Shown: in pieces, positions 8,313 through 18,001 of the stretch
Layout: every line of letters begins with the position of its first letter
Numbering within the stretch: position 1 is the stretch's first letter
The notes under the pieces: model-generated
What the model was told of the DNA's origin: nothing
Database searches by the model: none
Seen by the model: only the letters and a program-made list of their open reading frames with translations
NCBI GenBank assembly: GCA_964420015.1
Contig: CAYQPO010000001.1
Location: 87,048 to 151,047, forward strand
Source of the DNA: an uncultured Candidatus Saccharibacteria bacterium
GTDB taxonomy: Bacteria > Patescibacteriota > Minisyncoccia > Phycocordibacterales > SBAW01
Length of the DNA stretch: 64,000 nucleotides
Direction: 5' to 3'
Position numbers and translations under genes: made by a program

Positions 8313-10004
8313 CAGAGTTGGACGAACGGAGGCGAAAACCTCCGTTTCGTCTTTATCCGCCTCACATTTTTCAGGTTCGAACGCAGGGTTTTCTGACTTT
8401 GCCGTAAGTAGGCCGTTGATTATGGCGGAATATAAACTTGCGTGGCGAATACTAGCTTTTCTGTCCTTTATCGTTAGGTTCGAACCGGTCTCGATCAAGG
8501 CCTCTCTTTTGGCGACAAAGTCATCGCTCAAAAATACTTTTTCAATTCCGACGGCTAGACTAAAAGCTTTCTGCGCTTTGGCGATTCTGGTTAAGTCTAC
8601 CCGGTCGTAAGCGGCTAATTCCATCTCGAGTATGTCGATCTCTGCTTTGAACACTGTTCTCGCGTTTAGCATGTCCTGGTCCGTCAGCAATCCTCTCGCA
8701 CGCATCAGGGTGAGTTCCCGATCCTCACCGCGCTTCTTTTCGAGAGTCTTGGTCAATGATGCCTTTCTTTCAAATTCGTCCTTCCTTTCAGTAGTCACCA
8801 GACTGTCTAGATTTTTTATGCACCAATCAGCAAGACTTTGCGAGATGGAGAGATTTTTCTTGAAGTGATCAGCCAAATACTTATCAATGTGTTTTTCGTC
8901 CAGCGCACCTTCCTTGCAGTCAGGATGTTGTTTCTTTGTACAATGGTAGAACGCATAATGGAGGTACTTTGGATTCTCCATTCGATCAATACGTACACCG
9001 CACCCCGGACAGGTTGTCTTTCCAGGATAGGAGAATTTCTTTTTACATGTAGGACAGATTAACTGGTACTTGGGATCGGCGGTGATAGTGCCGCCACAAC
9101 CTCCACACTCTGAAACAATTTTGTATGGGAACAAATCTTTATTTAATGATGGTCGAGGACGTCCACGTTTACCGAGTATTTTTTGATTTTCCCAGTATTG
9201 TTCCTCTGTGATCATTCTCGGTATTTCTTTGTTGAGCTCGTGTCTTCTACCGTCTTTGGTGACAAAAAAGCCGGCATATACAGGGTTTCGAAGCAATGTG
9301 TCTATTACGTATGAAATAACCAGCTTCTTTCCACCCTGTTTTTTATGAAGCACCGTTCGGATGCCCATCTCATCATTCGCAGTCCTCATTATTTGTCGTG
9401 CAGAATACTTTCGACTGTTAAACATCAAGAGAAGTTGTTTTATGAGACCGTAACGGTTCTTATCGACTAACCAGCCGCGGTCTCCGGGTTCTTTCGACAT
9501 ATCGTTTAGAAAACCTATCGGAGCGACACCATTGGGATAACCTTTTTCTTGCTCACGTGTTCGTAAGCCTCGTTTTGTATCAACGCTCAAGTCCCGAAGG
9601 TACTGGTTAGCAATACCGAGTTCGACTGCCATGATGAGCACATTGTCGCTAGGATGATAGCTGCGGTCGAATGTTTGAATATGTTTAATTACACCTTGTT
9701 GAAGCATCCAGCTAACAGTGCCACCATCGATTGGATTGCGTGATAATCGATTGAGTTTCCATGAGATGATGCCTTCCGCCTCCCCTCGACTTATTCTCTC
9801 GACCATCTGCGTGAACAATGGTCTGCCAGGTGCCTTTGCGGATTTTGCTTCTTCAAACTTACCAACGACCTCTAGTCCGAGACGAGAAGCAAGCGCTTCT
9901 AGTTCGCGGATTTGATCAGGTAAAGACTGGACTTGTTTATCCTCAGTGTCCGTCGACTTTCGAACATACATGAAGTATTTTATTTTTTGATTTTCATTTT
10001 TCAT
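8301..10004 (-). CDS. large serine recombinase (resolvase/invertase-type integrase with Zn-ribbon and coiled-coil)
   Basis: N-terminal YVRKSTDTEDKQVQSLPDQ catalytic Ser region. ~568 aa with CxxC…CxxC ribbons (CGGCGGT, CPTCKKK, CPGCG). Start taken at MKNENQ. The 3' end overlaps tRNA-Asn. Confidence 0.8.
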   Translation of the reverse strand: MKNENQKIKYFMYVRKSTDTEDKQVQSLPDQIRELEALASRLGLEVVGKFEEAKSAKAPGRPLFTQMVERISRGEAEGIISWKLNRLSRNPIDGGTVSWMLQQGVIKHIQTFDRSYHPSDNVLIMAVELGIANQYLRDLSVDTKRGLRTREQEKGYPNGVAPIGFLNDMSKEPGDRGWLVDKNRYGLIKQLLLMFNSRKYSARQIMRTANDEMGIRTVLHKKQGGKKLVISYVIDTLLRNPVYAGFFVTKDGRRHELNKEIPRMITEEQYWENQKILGKRGRPRPSLNKDLFPYKIVSECGGCGGTITADPKYQLICPTCKKKFSYPGKTTCPGCGVRIDRMENPKYLHYAFYHCTKKQHPDCKEGALDEKHIDKYLADHFKKNLSISQSLADWCIKNLDSLVTTERKDEFERKASLTKTLEKKRGEDRELTLMRARGLLTDQDMLNARTVFKAEIDILEMELAAYDRVDLTRIAKAQKAFSLAVGIEKVFLSDDFVAKREALIETGSNLTIKDRKASIRHASLYSAIINGLLTAKSENPAFEPEKCEADKDETEVFASVRPTLLLG

Positions 10005-10451
10005 AAAACAAAAGTGGAGCAACAACGTAGTTCTTAATCGCCAGACCAAGAATGTTGTTGCCCCGCTTTTATCCTCAAAGCCAGAGTTTGAGCGTCTTGG
10101 TCTGGCACTATCACTATGGTCCACACATACACGAAAGCAACTGCTGATACTTGGCCCGTGTGTCAGACCCCCCCTTACCCCCACGGCTTTTTGCCTTAGA
10201 GGATCGCCGTGCCCTTATCCCGTTTTCTCTCGGAGGGCGACTTGGTTTCAGTTATCCTGCCGGTTAGCGCAAGCGCCCCCGGTGGTGAACATGACTGCGT
10301 TAGAAACCTCTCGCTACACCGCAATCAGTGGTTGGCTTTCTGCCGATACTCGGCCATCCCTGTACCGTGGGATCACGGAGCCAGCCCTATGCCTGTTTTG
10401 TTTTTACAAGCCCCGCATAGGGTCTCACCCCCAGGGCTTGAAGAGGCGCGA

Positions 10452-10661
10452 TCACGCGCTGGTCTTTGGGTCGAGGGATTTTCCGTCCCTCGCATCAACG
10501 AGTGAATATTCTTCACTCGCTCGTGCGAGAGCAGTAACTCCTAGTCTTGTAAGACGCAGCAAAGAAGCGCCGATTTTTTCGGCTTGTTCATCGGTCAGCG
10601 AGATACCCTTATCACGAAGAATGATCTCCTTTAGTTCTTTTTTGGCTTCCTGCGATAACAT
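10452..10661 (-). CDS. hypothetical small helical protein (island-borne)
   Basis: 69-aa ATG ORF, MLSQEAKKELKEIILRDKGISLTDEQAEKIG… No family assigned. Confidence 0.3.
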   Translation of the reverse strand: MLSQEAKKELKEIILRDKGISLTDEQAEKIGASLLRLTRLGVTALARASEEYSLVDARDGKSLDPKTSA

Positions 10662-11224
10662 GAGAAGCCCTCTCTTTTCCTGACGGGTTCCAGACGCTAC
10701 AAGTAGCGACCCGCCAAGAAAGCAAAGGGCTTCTCGGTGTGCGTCTGGAGTTACGCCATATCAAAAAGACCCTACACACGACGTGCGGGGTCTTTTTGGC
10801 AATGCCAAAAGAAGAGCCACCACGCGTACGTGACGGATCCTTCTTTTTTCATTGAGTTGCCTCAAAAGTTGCTCTAAGGAGGTTCGGTTGCGGCTTTGAT
10901 TTTTGCCGTTTACCGATGGTCTTTGATTGTAAAAGAGCGGGTAGATTCATTCTACCGGTCCGTAGAGGACCGTCAATCGGGGTGGTGTGGGTCCGCAGCA
11001 AAATGCTAAAATCTTATTGTGGGCCGGTAAGGCACACGAAAATTGAATAAAGCGCCTAAACCAGCGGCAACGCTGGCATGGCAAAAGAAGTCCGAACAGA
11101 CATAGAGAACCCGTCATGGGGGTGTCTGTTCGGCCATATCGGGAAACCGGTATGCCGGCGCAAGCCGGGACCCGTGGCGGGTTCTCTGTGTACCTCCCGG
11201 GGTTATTGGCTAAGCCAAACCTCT

Positions 11225-11623
11225 ATGAAGAATAAGAAAGCAGTCGTTGGACTCTGTATTTTTATACTGGTCTGTTTGGTGTTCGCCGTCTGGCTCTCAA
11301 TGCTTCCAACAAGCCCGAACAAACAAGCACTGCCCAGCAATTCGACAGTTGGGTTAGGCGAGCAAGGGTTCCTTGCTGCCTCCACCACGGTCGGCGTCTC
11401 AAAAGACGCCTACGACGCATACTTCAAAGCGACATCGGCAAACGACGCCGTCGGGTATTACCAGCTCAAGGAAAGTGGGCAGATTTTCGACCTCACTGTA
11501 AAAACAAAAGTGCTCGTGCTTAGCAGCTCATGGGGCTATGACGAGATCCGTTTTCTCGATGGCGTCCATGTCGGTCAGACCGCGTGGGTTGGCTATGAGA
11601 CCATTTCTCAAAATCATCTTTGA
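11225..11623 (+). CDS. hypothetical membrane-anchored protein
   Basis: MKNKKAVVGLCIFILVCLVFAVWL signal anchor, then a soluble domain. Confidence 0.45.
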   Translation: MKNKKAVVGLCIFILVCLVFAVWLSMLPTSPNKQALPSNSTVGLGEQGFLAASTTVGVSKDAYDAYFKATSANDAVGYYQLKESGQIFDLTVKTKVLVLSSSWGYDEIRFLDGVHVGQTAWVGYETISQNHL

Positions 11624-11668
11624 CCGGGATCTTTTTAGTGTGTAAGGTTATGTTAAGTTACTGTTTAT

Positions 11669-11857
11669 ATGGCTGACACGAGAAAAGCCGAAATTATTAC
11701 CCTAGCTGAAGCTTCTGCCATTTTGGGTTTGCACCCAAATACCCTTCGCAAATGGGATAACAATGGCTATTTGAAGGCTATACGGATTGGTACTCGCAAA
11801 GATCGTCGATATAGAAAGAGCGATATATTGAGATTGCTCGACCACAAGAATCACTAA
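11669..11857 (+). CDS. excisionase/AlpA-type HTH DNA-binding protein (candidate RDF or operon regulator)
   Basis: 62 aa. ITLAEASAILGLHPNTLRKW…IRIGTRKDRRYRKSDI is typical of the HTH_17 / Xis family. Sits 5 nt upstream of the giant ORF. Confidence 0.65.
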   Translation: MADTRKAEIITLAEASAILGLHPNTLRKWDNNGYLKAIRIGTRKDRRYRKSDILRLLDHKNH

Positions 11858-11861
11858 ACTC

Positions 11862-14800
11862 ATGACTACTACCCCATCAATTAAAAAAGAAAGTGGAGCC
11901 AGTGGTGTAAATGCTCCTGCAAATGGCCTTCTATTCTTCAAGGAGGTAGCGAAATACTTCATGGACTTTTTGGAGACAGACTTCCATAAGCGGAAGTTGC
12001 CTCGACGAACTATTAGATACCGTGATGGTGATAATCTCCTTGTCGGATTAAATCTTCAGAAGTATGAGACATTCAATAAATTAATATTAAAACTTATTGG
12101 AAAGAACTTTGAAAAAAACATCTTAGGTAAGCTCGAGAAAGGTGTTTACCAGACATTACTACCAAAAAATCTGCTTGACCTTATCAAACTCCAAATCGGA
12201 AAAATTGAAGGGTCGTTAATAAACCAAATTACAGAAGATATTGCTGAGGAAATAGAGAAGTCAGGTACATTGCATGCAGAAGAATACGATATTGCTCTTT
12301 CAAACTCTATTGAGGCAGCTGCAAATATTATTCGTGATGAATTGGTTGATCCGTTCATAAAAAGTATAGAGAAACCATTGCAGAATTTACACCTTGGCGA
12401 AGAGGACGACATTTTCCGAATCGAGGAAGAAATGACCTCTGTTCTAGTAAAACAACTGGAAAGTAAAATTTCAGAGATATTGAATCTCTTTATCGCCGGA
12501 GAAAACATAAATCTCCAAAAAGAATTGAAGAGCATACTAGTACTATCGGATGTGAAAGGCACGTTGGAAACCTTTTTCGAAGACTTGCATGTCGCTGACC
12601 TCTTTGCGGAAGTATTCGAGATGCAACGTAATATGAGCATTCTTGATAAGCAGGATTTTTATCTTTACTTCGGCGACATTTCTTTCAATAACATAAAATA
12701 CCCCATCTTTTACATACCAGTCAGCGTAACAAGACAGGGTGAAGCGTTGAATCTAGAGTTTGATACACAGATCTACATAAACAAAAGAGCATTGGAATAT
12801 ATCGTTCAGGAATATAACACTCTAAAAGGAACCGGGGGCAGTCTCAAGAATGTCACGGAACGAATTATTTATCTTGCCCAGCACACGGACGATTTACAGG
12901 ATATTCTTTCAGAAATACTCATTGAAATAGGAAACCTTTTCGAGATAAATAACCATGTAGACTTTTCCGTATCTGAGACTGTAACGGCAAAAGGTGCATC
13001 AGTGCGCATATCGAACTCTTGTTATCTGTGTCTCTTCGACAAATCTGACGAAGCGTTAGTAAACGACTACGAGGATATTTTACGTGAATTGAATGCTGAA
13101 GGTGGACTGCTTGCTGAGGCGTTTAATAAATTACTTGGGGATTTTTTACACAATAACCCAGAGCCAGTGAATCCGGAGGTTGAGAAGGAGTGGGATGACA
13201 CAGAGACTTCTGATCGCCTTGTCGCACAAAGCCCTATTCCCTTGAATGCCGAGCAGTTGCAGATTCTTTCGGCAATAAAGAAAGATAGATGTAAGTACAT
13301 GATCGTTGAAGGCCCACCCGGTACTGGTAAAAGCCATACCATTACAGCGATTATTTTCGACGCAATATTGAGAGACAAATCCATCCTTGTTCTCTCAGAT
13401 AAAAAAGAAGCCCTTGATGTCGTAGAGAAAAACATTACTCAAACAATAAATAAGGTCCGGTTTGATAAGAACTTTCAGAACCCTATTCTGCGTCTTGGTA
13501 AGACTGGCAATACTTACGCACAAATACTTGCAAAAGGTACTGTCGAGAGTATCAAAACTCACTATCGTGCTGTTAGAAAGGACTTCGAGACCATCGAAGA
13601 GAATATAGACAAATCCAGCAATACGCTCAAGGAGGATTTGGAGGCGGAAATTATTGCCTATGGAAGTATAAACGTTCAGGAAATTCAGGAGCTTGTACAG
13701 CTTGAAGATACACTCAAAAATGCAAAATTGGTCTTTGACATAGATGAACTACTTGAGGATGAAAATGCTGCACTTGAGCTCGCGGAGATGAGATCTTCTC
13801 TTGAAGAGTTTTCTGGACAATTCAGAGGAATACATACTGAGGGAATATTAAAATTGCTCGGTATAAAGCTTAAGAACATAAACACAATAGATGAATACGA
13901 GGGACTTCTGCGCTTCCTGACGGCAACTCAAGAAAGCGTAAAGAAGGTACAAGACACCTTTGGAACAAAAGTGGAGGCCGTACAGAAATTCACTTCATTC
14001 ACAAAGGAAAACCTTGGAGAGCTAAACAAATTTGTGAAAGAATACACAGATCTCAAAGCTTTCCTCGTCGGGTTCCTTTTTAAAAAAGAGAGGGTTGTCG
14101 AAGTCGATTTACGATTCATGCGTACCTTGAACAGTTCATATGCTACGCCGCATGAACATCTGGTCGCATTGAAAGATGCTGTTGCCATCTTTGAATTCAT
14201 TGCGGGTCAGGGGCGAGAAATAAACAAGCAGTTCGAATCCGATTTTGACTTTATTGCACTTGTTCATTACATCCTTCGAGAGGGCGAGACTGCCGAAAGC
14301 CTCAATGAAGTTCTTGCATCTGCTGAAGAGGTTAAATATTTCAAGGAGTTTTCTGAAAAGTACCCTAAAACAGTAGTGCGCTCAGAGCTTGATCTGCAAA
14401 ATCTTGTTTCTCTGAACGACTGTGCCATTCTCTCTCTTGGAGAGTCCGAGTTCGACAAACAGCTTCGCTATTTAAACCTTCGTCAAAAAATAACGAGAGA
14501 GTTCTCGAACATACCAGATTTAAACTACGCTTTAAAAAGGAAGAATATTGAAGATTTGGTGATCACTCAAGTTGCATATCTCATGGATGGAAGGCTCATT
14601 AATTTTTATGAGCATAGTAAAAGTGACGCAGAGACGCTAAGAAACGTAATTCGAAGTAAACAAAGATTCCCCCGAGACGAATTTCAAAAACTTAAAGAAG
14701 CCTTTCCCTGTATCTTGGCAGGCATTAGAGACTACGCTGAATATATTCCTCTTGAACAGGAAATGTTTGATTTGGTCATAATTGACGAAGCTTCACAGGT

Positions 14801-16445
14801 TAGTGTAGCGCAAGCATTTCCGGCCCTGTTGCGCGCAAAGAAGGTTCTTATACTAGGAGATAAAAAGCAGTTTAGCAATATAAAAGCGGCACAGGCTCGA
14901 TCAGACACGAACAGAGAGTACCTTAATACTCTTGAGCAATCCTTCAAACGAAATGTATCAAGTGAAACAACACAGCTTGTAAGACTCAGTAAATTTAATA
15001 TCAAAACTTCAATTCTCGAATTTTTTGAATTTATTAGCAATTACAACACTCAACTCGTTAAACACTTTCGTGGCTACAAAGAAATAATCTCCTATTCCAA
15101 TAAGTTCTTCTATCAAGGAAAACTGCAGGTAATGAAAATCCGAGGAAAGGCTATAGACGACGTAATAAAGTTTACGTACGTTGATGCGAAGGCAGAGGAC
15201 GAGGTGTATCCGAATGCAAATATAAAGGAAGTCGAAGCAATTATTGCTCAATTGCAATCCCTAAAAGAAGCTGGGACAGAAACTAGCGTAGGCATTATTA
15301 CTCCCCACACAAATCAGCAAAAGTTATTGGTGGAACAAATAAATAAAATGCCTGATAGAGACTACTATATCGATAATCTCCAGCTGAAAATAATGACATT
15401 CGATACGTGTCAGGGTGAAGAGAGGGACATTATTTTTTATTCGATGGTTGGCTCAAAGCATAGCGATAAACTTTGGGGTGTGTTTATAAAAGATCTCAAG
15501 GATGTCGACATTGAAGAGGACGGCCAGATCAAAGCACAGCGACTAAACGTAGGATTCAGTCGCGCCAAGGAATGCATGCATTTTATCTTGAGTAAACCTC
15601 TGGATGACTTTAATGGGTCTATTGGTGATGCCCTAAGACATTATTTCTATATATCAGAAGAAGCAAAGAAGGAACGGGGTGTCGCGGAAACAGATGCTCG
15701 ATCACAGAAAGAGCCTGAAGTACTTAATTGGTTTTACCAAACGAGCTTTTGGAAAAAGAACACTGATTCTATCGAGTTCATACCCCAATTTGAGATTGGT
15801 AAATACTTAAAACAGCTTAATCCATCGTACATTCATCCATACTACAAAGTTGACTTTCTTCTCATTTATAAAGACGCGAAGCAAAAAGAACATAAGATCA
15901 TTATTGAATATGACGGTTTTCAAGAGCATTTTGTAAACACTGACGCTGTAAATGCTTACAACTATCAGAATTATTATTCTGACGACGATGTATACCGACA
16001 AAAGGTACTTGAGAGTTATGGTTACAAATTCTTACGAATAAATCGATTCAACGTCGGGAGCAACCCTATAAAGACTTTGGATGAACGGATTGCGCGGTTG
16101 GTAAAAGACGAACCTAACGAAAACCCTTTGCTGAATAACATTCATATGACCGTTGAAGGCCTCCAGAATGGAGCTATGAAAGAATGCCCGAAATGTAAGG
16201 AGATAAGATCCTATAGTGATTTTAAAGACTCCTCGTTACTCACTGGCGTGGGCCGATTCTGCAAGACCTGCAAGAATAATCGAATTACAGTTCAAGCGGC
16301 CCTAGTGGCTGCACGTCCTGCCCCGGTTCTCACAGATACAAAATGTCCACGCTGTAGCTCCCCGATGATTTTGAGAAGTGGTCGAAGAGGAAAATTTTAT
16401 GGTTGTTCCCGCTTCCCATATTGTCGCGGTACAAGAAACCTATAA
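11862..16445 (+). CDS. giant DUF4011 - SF1B (Upf1/DNA2-like) helicase - DUF559/Vsr-like endonuclease - C-terminal Zn-ribbon protein (Hhe-like)
   Basis: DUF4011-like N-terminal segment (…DISFNNIKYPIFYIPVSV…). Walker A GPPGTGKSHT. Motif II LVIIDEASQV. Motif V/VI TFDTCQGEERD. Vsr/DUF559-like C-terminal block (…IIIEYDGFQEH…GYKFLRINRFN). Ribbons CPKC…CKTC and topoisomerase-type CPRC…GCSRFPYC. Confidence 0.75.
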   Translation: MTTTPSIKKESGASGVNAPANGLLFFKEVAKYFMDFLETDFHKRKLPRRTIRYRDGDNLLVGLNLQKYETFNKLILKLIGKNFEKNILGKLEKGVYQTLLPKNLLDLIKLQIGKIEGSLINQITEDIAEEIEKSGTLHAEEYDIALSNSIEAAANIIRDELVDPFIKSIEKPLQNLHLGEEDDIFRIEEEMTSVLVKQLESKISEILNLFIAGENINLQKELKSILVLSDVKGTLETFFEDLHVADLFAEVFEMQRNMSILDKQDFYLYFGDISFNNIKYPIFYIPVSVTRQGEALNLEFDTQIYINKRALEYIVQEYNTLKGTGGSLKNVTERIIYLAQHTDDLQDILSEILIEIGNLFEINNHVDFSVSETVTAKGASVRISNSCYLCLFDKSDEALVNDYEDILRELNAEGGLLAEAFNKLLGDFLHNNPEPVNPEVEKEWDDTETSDRLVAQSPIPLNAEQLQILSAIKKDRCKYMIVEGPPGTGKSHTITAIIFDAILRDKSILVLSDKKEALDVVEKNITQTINKVRFDKNFQNPILRLGKTGNTYAQILAKGTVESIKTHYRAVRKDFETIEENIDKSSNTLKEDLEAEIIAYGSINVQEIQELVQLEDTLKNAKLVFDIDELLEDENAALELAEMRSSLEEFSGQFRGIHTEGILKLLGIKLKNINTIDEYEGLLRFLTATQESVKKVQDTFGTKVEAVQKFTSFTKENLGELNKFVKEYTDLKAFLVGFLFKKERVVEVDLRFMRTLNSSYATPHEHLVALKDAVAIFEFIAGQGREINKQFESDFDFIALVHYILREGETAESLNEVLASAEEVKYFKEFSEKYPKTVVRSELDLQNLVSLNDCAILSLGESEFDKQLRYLNLRQKITREFSNIPDLNYALKRKNIEDLVITQVAYLMDGRLINFYEHSKSDAETLRNVIRSKQRFPRDEFQKLKEAFPCILAGIRDYAEYIPLEQEMFDLVIIDEASQVSVAQAFPALLRAKKVLILGDKKQFSNIKAAQARSDTNREYLNTLEQSFKRNVSSETTQLVRLSKFNIKTSILEFFEFISNYNTQLVKHFRGYKEIISYSNKFFYQGKLQVMKIRGKAIDDVIKFTYVDAKAEDEVYPNANIKEVEAIIAQLQSLKEAGTETSVGIITPHTNQQKLLVEQINKMPDRDYYIDNLQLKIMTFDTCQGEERDIIFYSMVGSKHSDKLWGVFIKDLKDVDIEEDGQIKAQRLNVGFSRAKECMHFILSKPLDDFNGSIGDALRHYFYISEEAKKERGVAETDARSQKEPEVLNWFYQTSFWKKNTDSIEFIPQFEIGKYLKQLNPSYIHPYYKVDFLLIYKDAKQKEHKIIIEYDGFQEHFVNTDAVNAYNYQNYYSDDDVYRQKVLESYGYKFLRINRFNVGSNPIKTLDERIARLVKDEPNENPLLNNIHMTVEGLQNGAMKECPKCKEIRSYSDFKDSSLLTGVGRFCKTCKNNRITVQAALVAARPAPVLTDTKCPRCSSPMILRSGRRGKFYGCSRFPYCRGTRNL

Positions 16446-18001
16446 TGAAATATCTAATATCAAAAACTACATTTCTTTCTTTTCTTGAATGCTACAGAGA
16501 CGTATGGCTCCGTATTCACCGTCCCGAACAGGTGGGAAAGCTTCAGATCTCCGATTTTGAGCTTCACATTCTTGAGCAAGGTAATGAGGTAGAGGCTGAA
16601 GCTCGAAAACTGTTTCCTGACGGCGTCTATATTACTTCAACAGAAGACGACGCAGTAAATGACACTGTTTGTTTGATGCGAGAAAAGACAGCAACCATTT
16701 TTCAAGCCACATTTCTTGTAGATGGCTTCATTGCTAAGAACGATATGCTTGTTTATGACAAGGTGGGTGATAAGTGGGATCTCTACGAAGTGAAGGGAAC
16801 AAACTCTTTAAAAGAAGAAGGTGCCGGCTCTAGAGACCATATTGATGACCTTGCCTTTCAATTGAGTGTATTGAGGCGGTCAAATGCAAATGTGGGTCGT
16901 TGTTTCATTATTCATCTCAACAAAGAATATGTACGTGCGGGTGATATTGATCTCAAAGCTCTGTTTGTTGTTGATGATGTTACGGATAAAATAGAAGCAC
17001 GTTTGCCTGAGATAGAAGAGAAAATGAAAGTGGCTAAAGAATATTTAACTTCAGAGAAGGAACCGCCGCGAGGTTGTGAGTGTGTTTATAAGGCACGAAA
17101 GAAACACTGTACTAGCTTCCAACTCTCAAACCCAGAGATACCCGAATATTCTGTACACGACTTATCTCGTGTAAGTCAGAAAAAACTCGACCTATTTATC
17201 GAGCGAGGCATTTTTGATCTGAACGACATACCAGATGATTTTGAGCTCACTGATAATCAAAAAAATCAGGTGATGGCGCATAAGCGACAAAAATCAATAA
17301 TTAACATTGAAAATATAAAGAAGGAACTTAATGAACTCACTTTTCCATTCTATTTTTTTGACTATGAAGCCTTTGGCCCAGCGATACCTGCTTTTAACGG
17401 ATACGGTCCTTACAAGCACATACCGTTTCAATTTTCTATTCATATTCTGCGAAGCCCCACGACCCCTTTAGAGCACGTGGAGTTTTTACACGATAGTCTC
17501 TCTGACCCATCGGAAAAAGTAGTTGAGATATTAAAAAAACACATTCCGCCCGGAGGAACGATAATTGCGTGGTACAAACATTTTGAAAAAATGGTCTGCA
17601 AGGAAATAGGAATCCGGTTACCTCAACATGCTGCGTATCTTGAAGAGTTCAACAGCAGAATTTATGATCTGATGGACATATTCCATGACCAACACTACGT
17701 ACATCCTAGTTTTAAAGGAAAGAGCTCAATCAAGAAAGTACTCCCGACCTTAGCTGCTGAATTGCGTTACGACATGCTTGCTATCCAAGAAGGAGGACAG
17801 GCCGCAGATGCTTGGTGGAAGATGGTATCGCCGAACACATCAGTGGATGAAAAGAAACAAATTGCCCATGATCTGAAGGTCTATTGTGGTCTTGATACAT
17901 ATGCCATGTACGCAATTTGGCATCACTTGCAAGAAACAATAACGGATGGAGTGGTACCGACACGTCTTCTTTATCCACCGATTCATTCAGTCAAGAAATA
18001 A
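16445..18001 (+). CDS. DUF2779-like protein with N-terminal Cas4/RecB-type PD-(D/E)XK nuclease motifs
   Basis: N-terminus MKYLISKTTFLSFLECYRDVWL resembles the DUF2779 start. D…D…EVK nuclease triad (…KNDMLVYD…LYEVKG). The ATG overlaps the stop of the giant ORF (TAATG). Confidence 0.6.
   Translation: MKYLISKTTFLSFLECYRDVWLRIHRPEQVGKLQISDFELHILEQGNEVEAEARKLFPDGVYITSTEDDAVNDTVCLMREKTATIFQATFLVDGFIAKNDMLVYDKVGDKWDLYEVKGTNSLKEEGAGSRDHIDDLAFQLSVLRRSNANVGRCFIIHLNKEYVRAGDIDLKALFVVDDVTDKIEARLPEIEEKMKVAKEYLTSEKEPPRGCECVYKARKKHCTSFQLSNPEIPEYSVHDLSRVSQKKLDLFIERGIFDLNDIPDDFELTDNQKNQVMAHKRQKSIINIENIKKELNELTFPFYFFDYEAFGPAIPAFNGYGPYKHIPFQFSIHILRSPTTPLEHVEFLHDSLSDPSEKVVEILKKHIPPGGTIIAWYKHFEKMVCKEIGIRLPQHAAYLEEFNSRIYDLMDIFHDQHYVHPSFKGKSSIKKVLPTLAAELRYDMLAIQEGGQAADAWWKMVSPNTSVDEKKQIAHDLKVYCGLDTYAMYAIWHHLQETITDGVVPTRLLYPPIHSVKK

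Noticed and set aside
12146-15257. Multiple minus-strand ORFs (60-164 aa) inside the giant helicase-nuclease gene
   Set aside because: They are antisense to a long ORF with clear, well-supported motifs. Their low-complexity AT-rich translations are typical of shadow ORFs.
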